Of a DNA stretch of 32,000 nucleotides, positions 31,272 to 32,000 are shown one piece after another; positions within the stretch are counted from its first letter, which is position 1, and each line of letters begins with the position of its first letter. A program made the translations under genes and the position numbers. This stretch comes from Candidatus Saccharimonadota bacterium (GTDB lineage Bacteria; Patescibacteriota; Microgenomatia; UBA1406; GWC2-37-13): the NCBI GenBank assembly GCA_016700135.1, contig CP065004.1, positions 1,410,001 to 1,442,000 on the forward strand. Direction: 5' to 3'. The notes below the pieces were generated by a model. It worked only from the letters and a program-made list of their open reading frames with translations, was not told where the DNA came from and did no database searches.

Positions 31272-32000
31272 ATGGCACACCAAGATAAACAGATTTACGA
31301 GCTTATCGAAAAAGAAAACTACCGTCAAAAAACGGGAATCGAACTCATTCCGTCTGAAAATTATGCCTCAGAGCATGTCCGCAAACCGCTTTCATCATCA
31401 TTTGTAAATAAATACTCCGAAGGCTATCCGAAAAAGCGCTACTACGGCGGCAATGAAAATGTTGACGAGGTTGAGCTTATTGCTCAGGAACGGGCTAAAA
31501 AATTATTCGGTGTCGAATATGCCAACGTTCAGCCATATTCAGGCTCACCTGCCAACTTCGCAGTCTATATGGCAACTTGTCAGCCGGGTGACACAATCAT
31601 GGGACAGGCACTTGTGACGGGCGGACATCTCACCCACGGCGCACACGTATCTTTCAGCGCCACTTATTTTAACAGCGTCCAGTATGGTGTTCTGCAAGAG
31701 AAACGTGAGAAAGACGGGCTCTTTGATTTTGCCGCTATCCGAAAACTGGCACTTGAGCATAAGCCGAAACTTATCTGGGTCGGAGCATCAGCCTATCCGC
31801 TGCAAATTCCTTTTGAGCGGTTTGCCGAAATCGCCGACGAAGTAGGTGCCTATCTTGCGGCCGATATTGCACACATCGCCGGCCTGGTGGCAGGCGGGCA
31901 GCATCCCAGTCCAGTTCCGCATGTCCACATCGTCACAACAACAACACACAAAACACTTCGCGGACCCCGCGGAGGCATCATAATGGTGACAAAAAAAGGG
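31272..32000 (+). CDS. glyA: Serine hydroxymethyltransferase, N-terminal 243 codons (runs off the window)
   Basis: Own translation: [36 protein letters not shown]...[12 protein letters not shown]...[14 protein letters not shown]...GGHLTHG...[14 protein letters not shown] (PLP-lysine motif). The frame is open to the window end. Confidence 0.93.
   Translation, partial: MAHQDKQIYELIEKENYRQKTGIELIPSENYASEHVRKPLSSSFVNKYSEGYPKKRYYGGNENVDEVELIAQERAKKLFGVEYANVQPYSGSPANFAVYMATCQPGDTIMGQALVTGGHLTHGAHVSFSATYFNSVQYGVLQEKREKDGLFDFAAIRKLALEHKPKLIWVGASAYPLQIPFERFAEIADEVGAYLAADIAHIAGLVAGGQHPSPVPHVHIVTTTTHKTLRGPRGGIIMVTKKG

Noticed and set aside
1-32000. Alternative genetic code (UGA recoding as in some candidate phyla)
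   Set aside because: Conserved genes end at their expected lengths under the standard code, and TGA clearly terminates rplO, the transposase and the helicase ORFs.

Overview
About 22 kb of this ~40% GC window is one minus-strand block. It holds a sugar-nucleotide/glycosyltransferase cluster (1-3794) and a fused ribosomal-protein super-operon. On the minus strand the operon reads tuf, rpsJ, rplC-rplD-rplW-rplB-rplV-rpsC-rplP-rpmC-rpsQ-rplN-rplX-rplE-rpsN-rpsS-rpsH-rplF-rplR-rpsE-rplO, secY, rpmG, adk, map, infA, rpmJ, rpsM-rpsK-rpsD-rpoA-rplQ, rplM-rpsI. The standard genetic code is used (TGA is a stop). There is no L30 gene, and genes are tightly packed or overlapping, which fits a reduced CPR/Patescibacteria-type genome (inference only). 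The accessory part (22.4-32 kb) holds an apparently intact IS481-type element with inverted repeats and a 5-bp target duplication. It also holds a UvrD-type helicase fused to a 4-Cys Cas4/AddB-like nuclease, and a folate/one-carbon island (RibD_C-type reductase, GIY-YIG nuclease, YhhQ/VUT transporter, FolC, RimK-like ATP-grasp, GlyA). Main hunt results: (1) A 28-nt hairpin repeat family has compensatory stem changes. Inverted copies bracket the GIY-YIG gene tightly, and a gene-less composite version sits in frame inside the helicase ORF. I propose a candidate repeat-plus-GIY-YIG mobile system. (2) The 328-bp gap between rpsJ and rplC contains a near-consensus promoter, a 13-codon ORF and mutually exclusive antiterminator/terminator hairpins. 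This is a candidate attenuator gating about 30 downstream genes. (3) Gene-order anomalies: rpsS has moved to between rpsN and rpsH, and rpmG lies between secY and adk. (4) Adenylate kinase is fused to a second P-loop kinase domain. (5) A conserved TAGCT-heptad motif occupies the three largest intra-operon spacers. All calls come from reading the sequence and the ORF track; no database searches were run.
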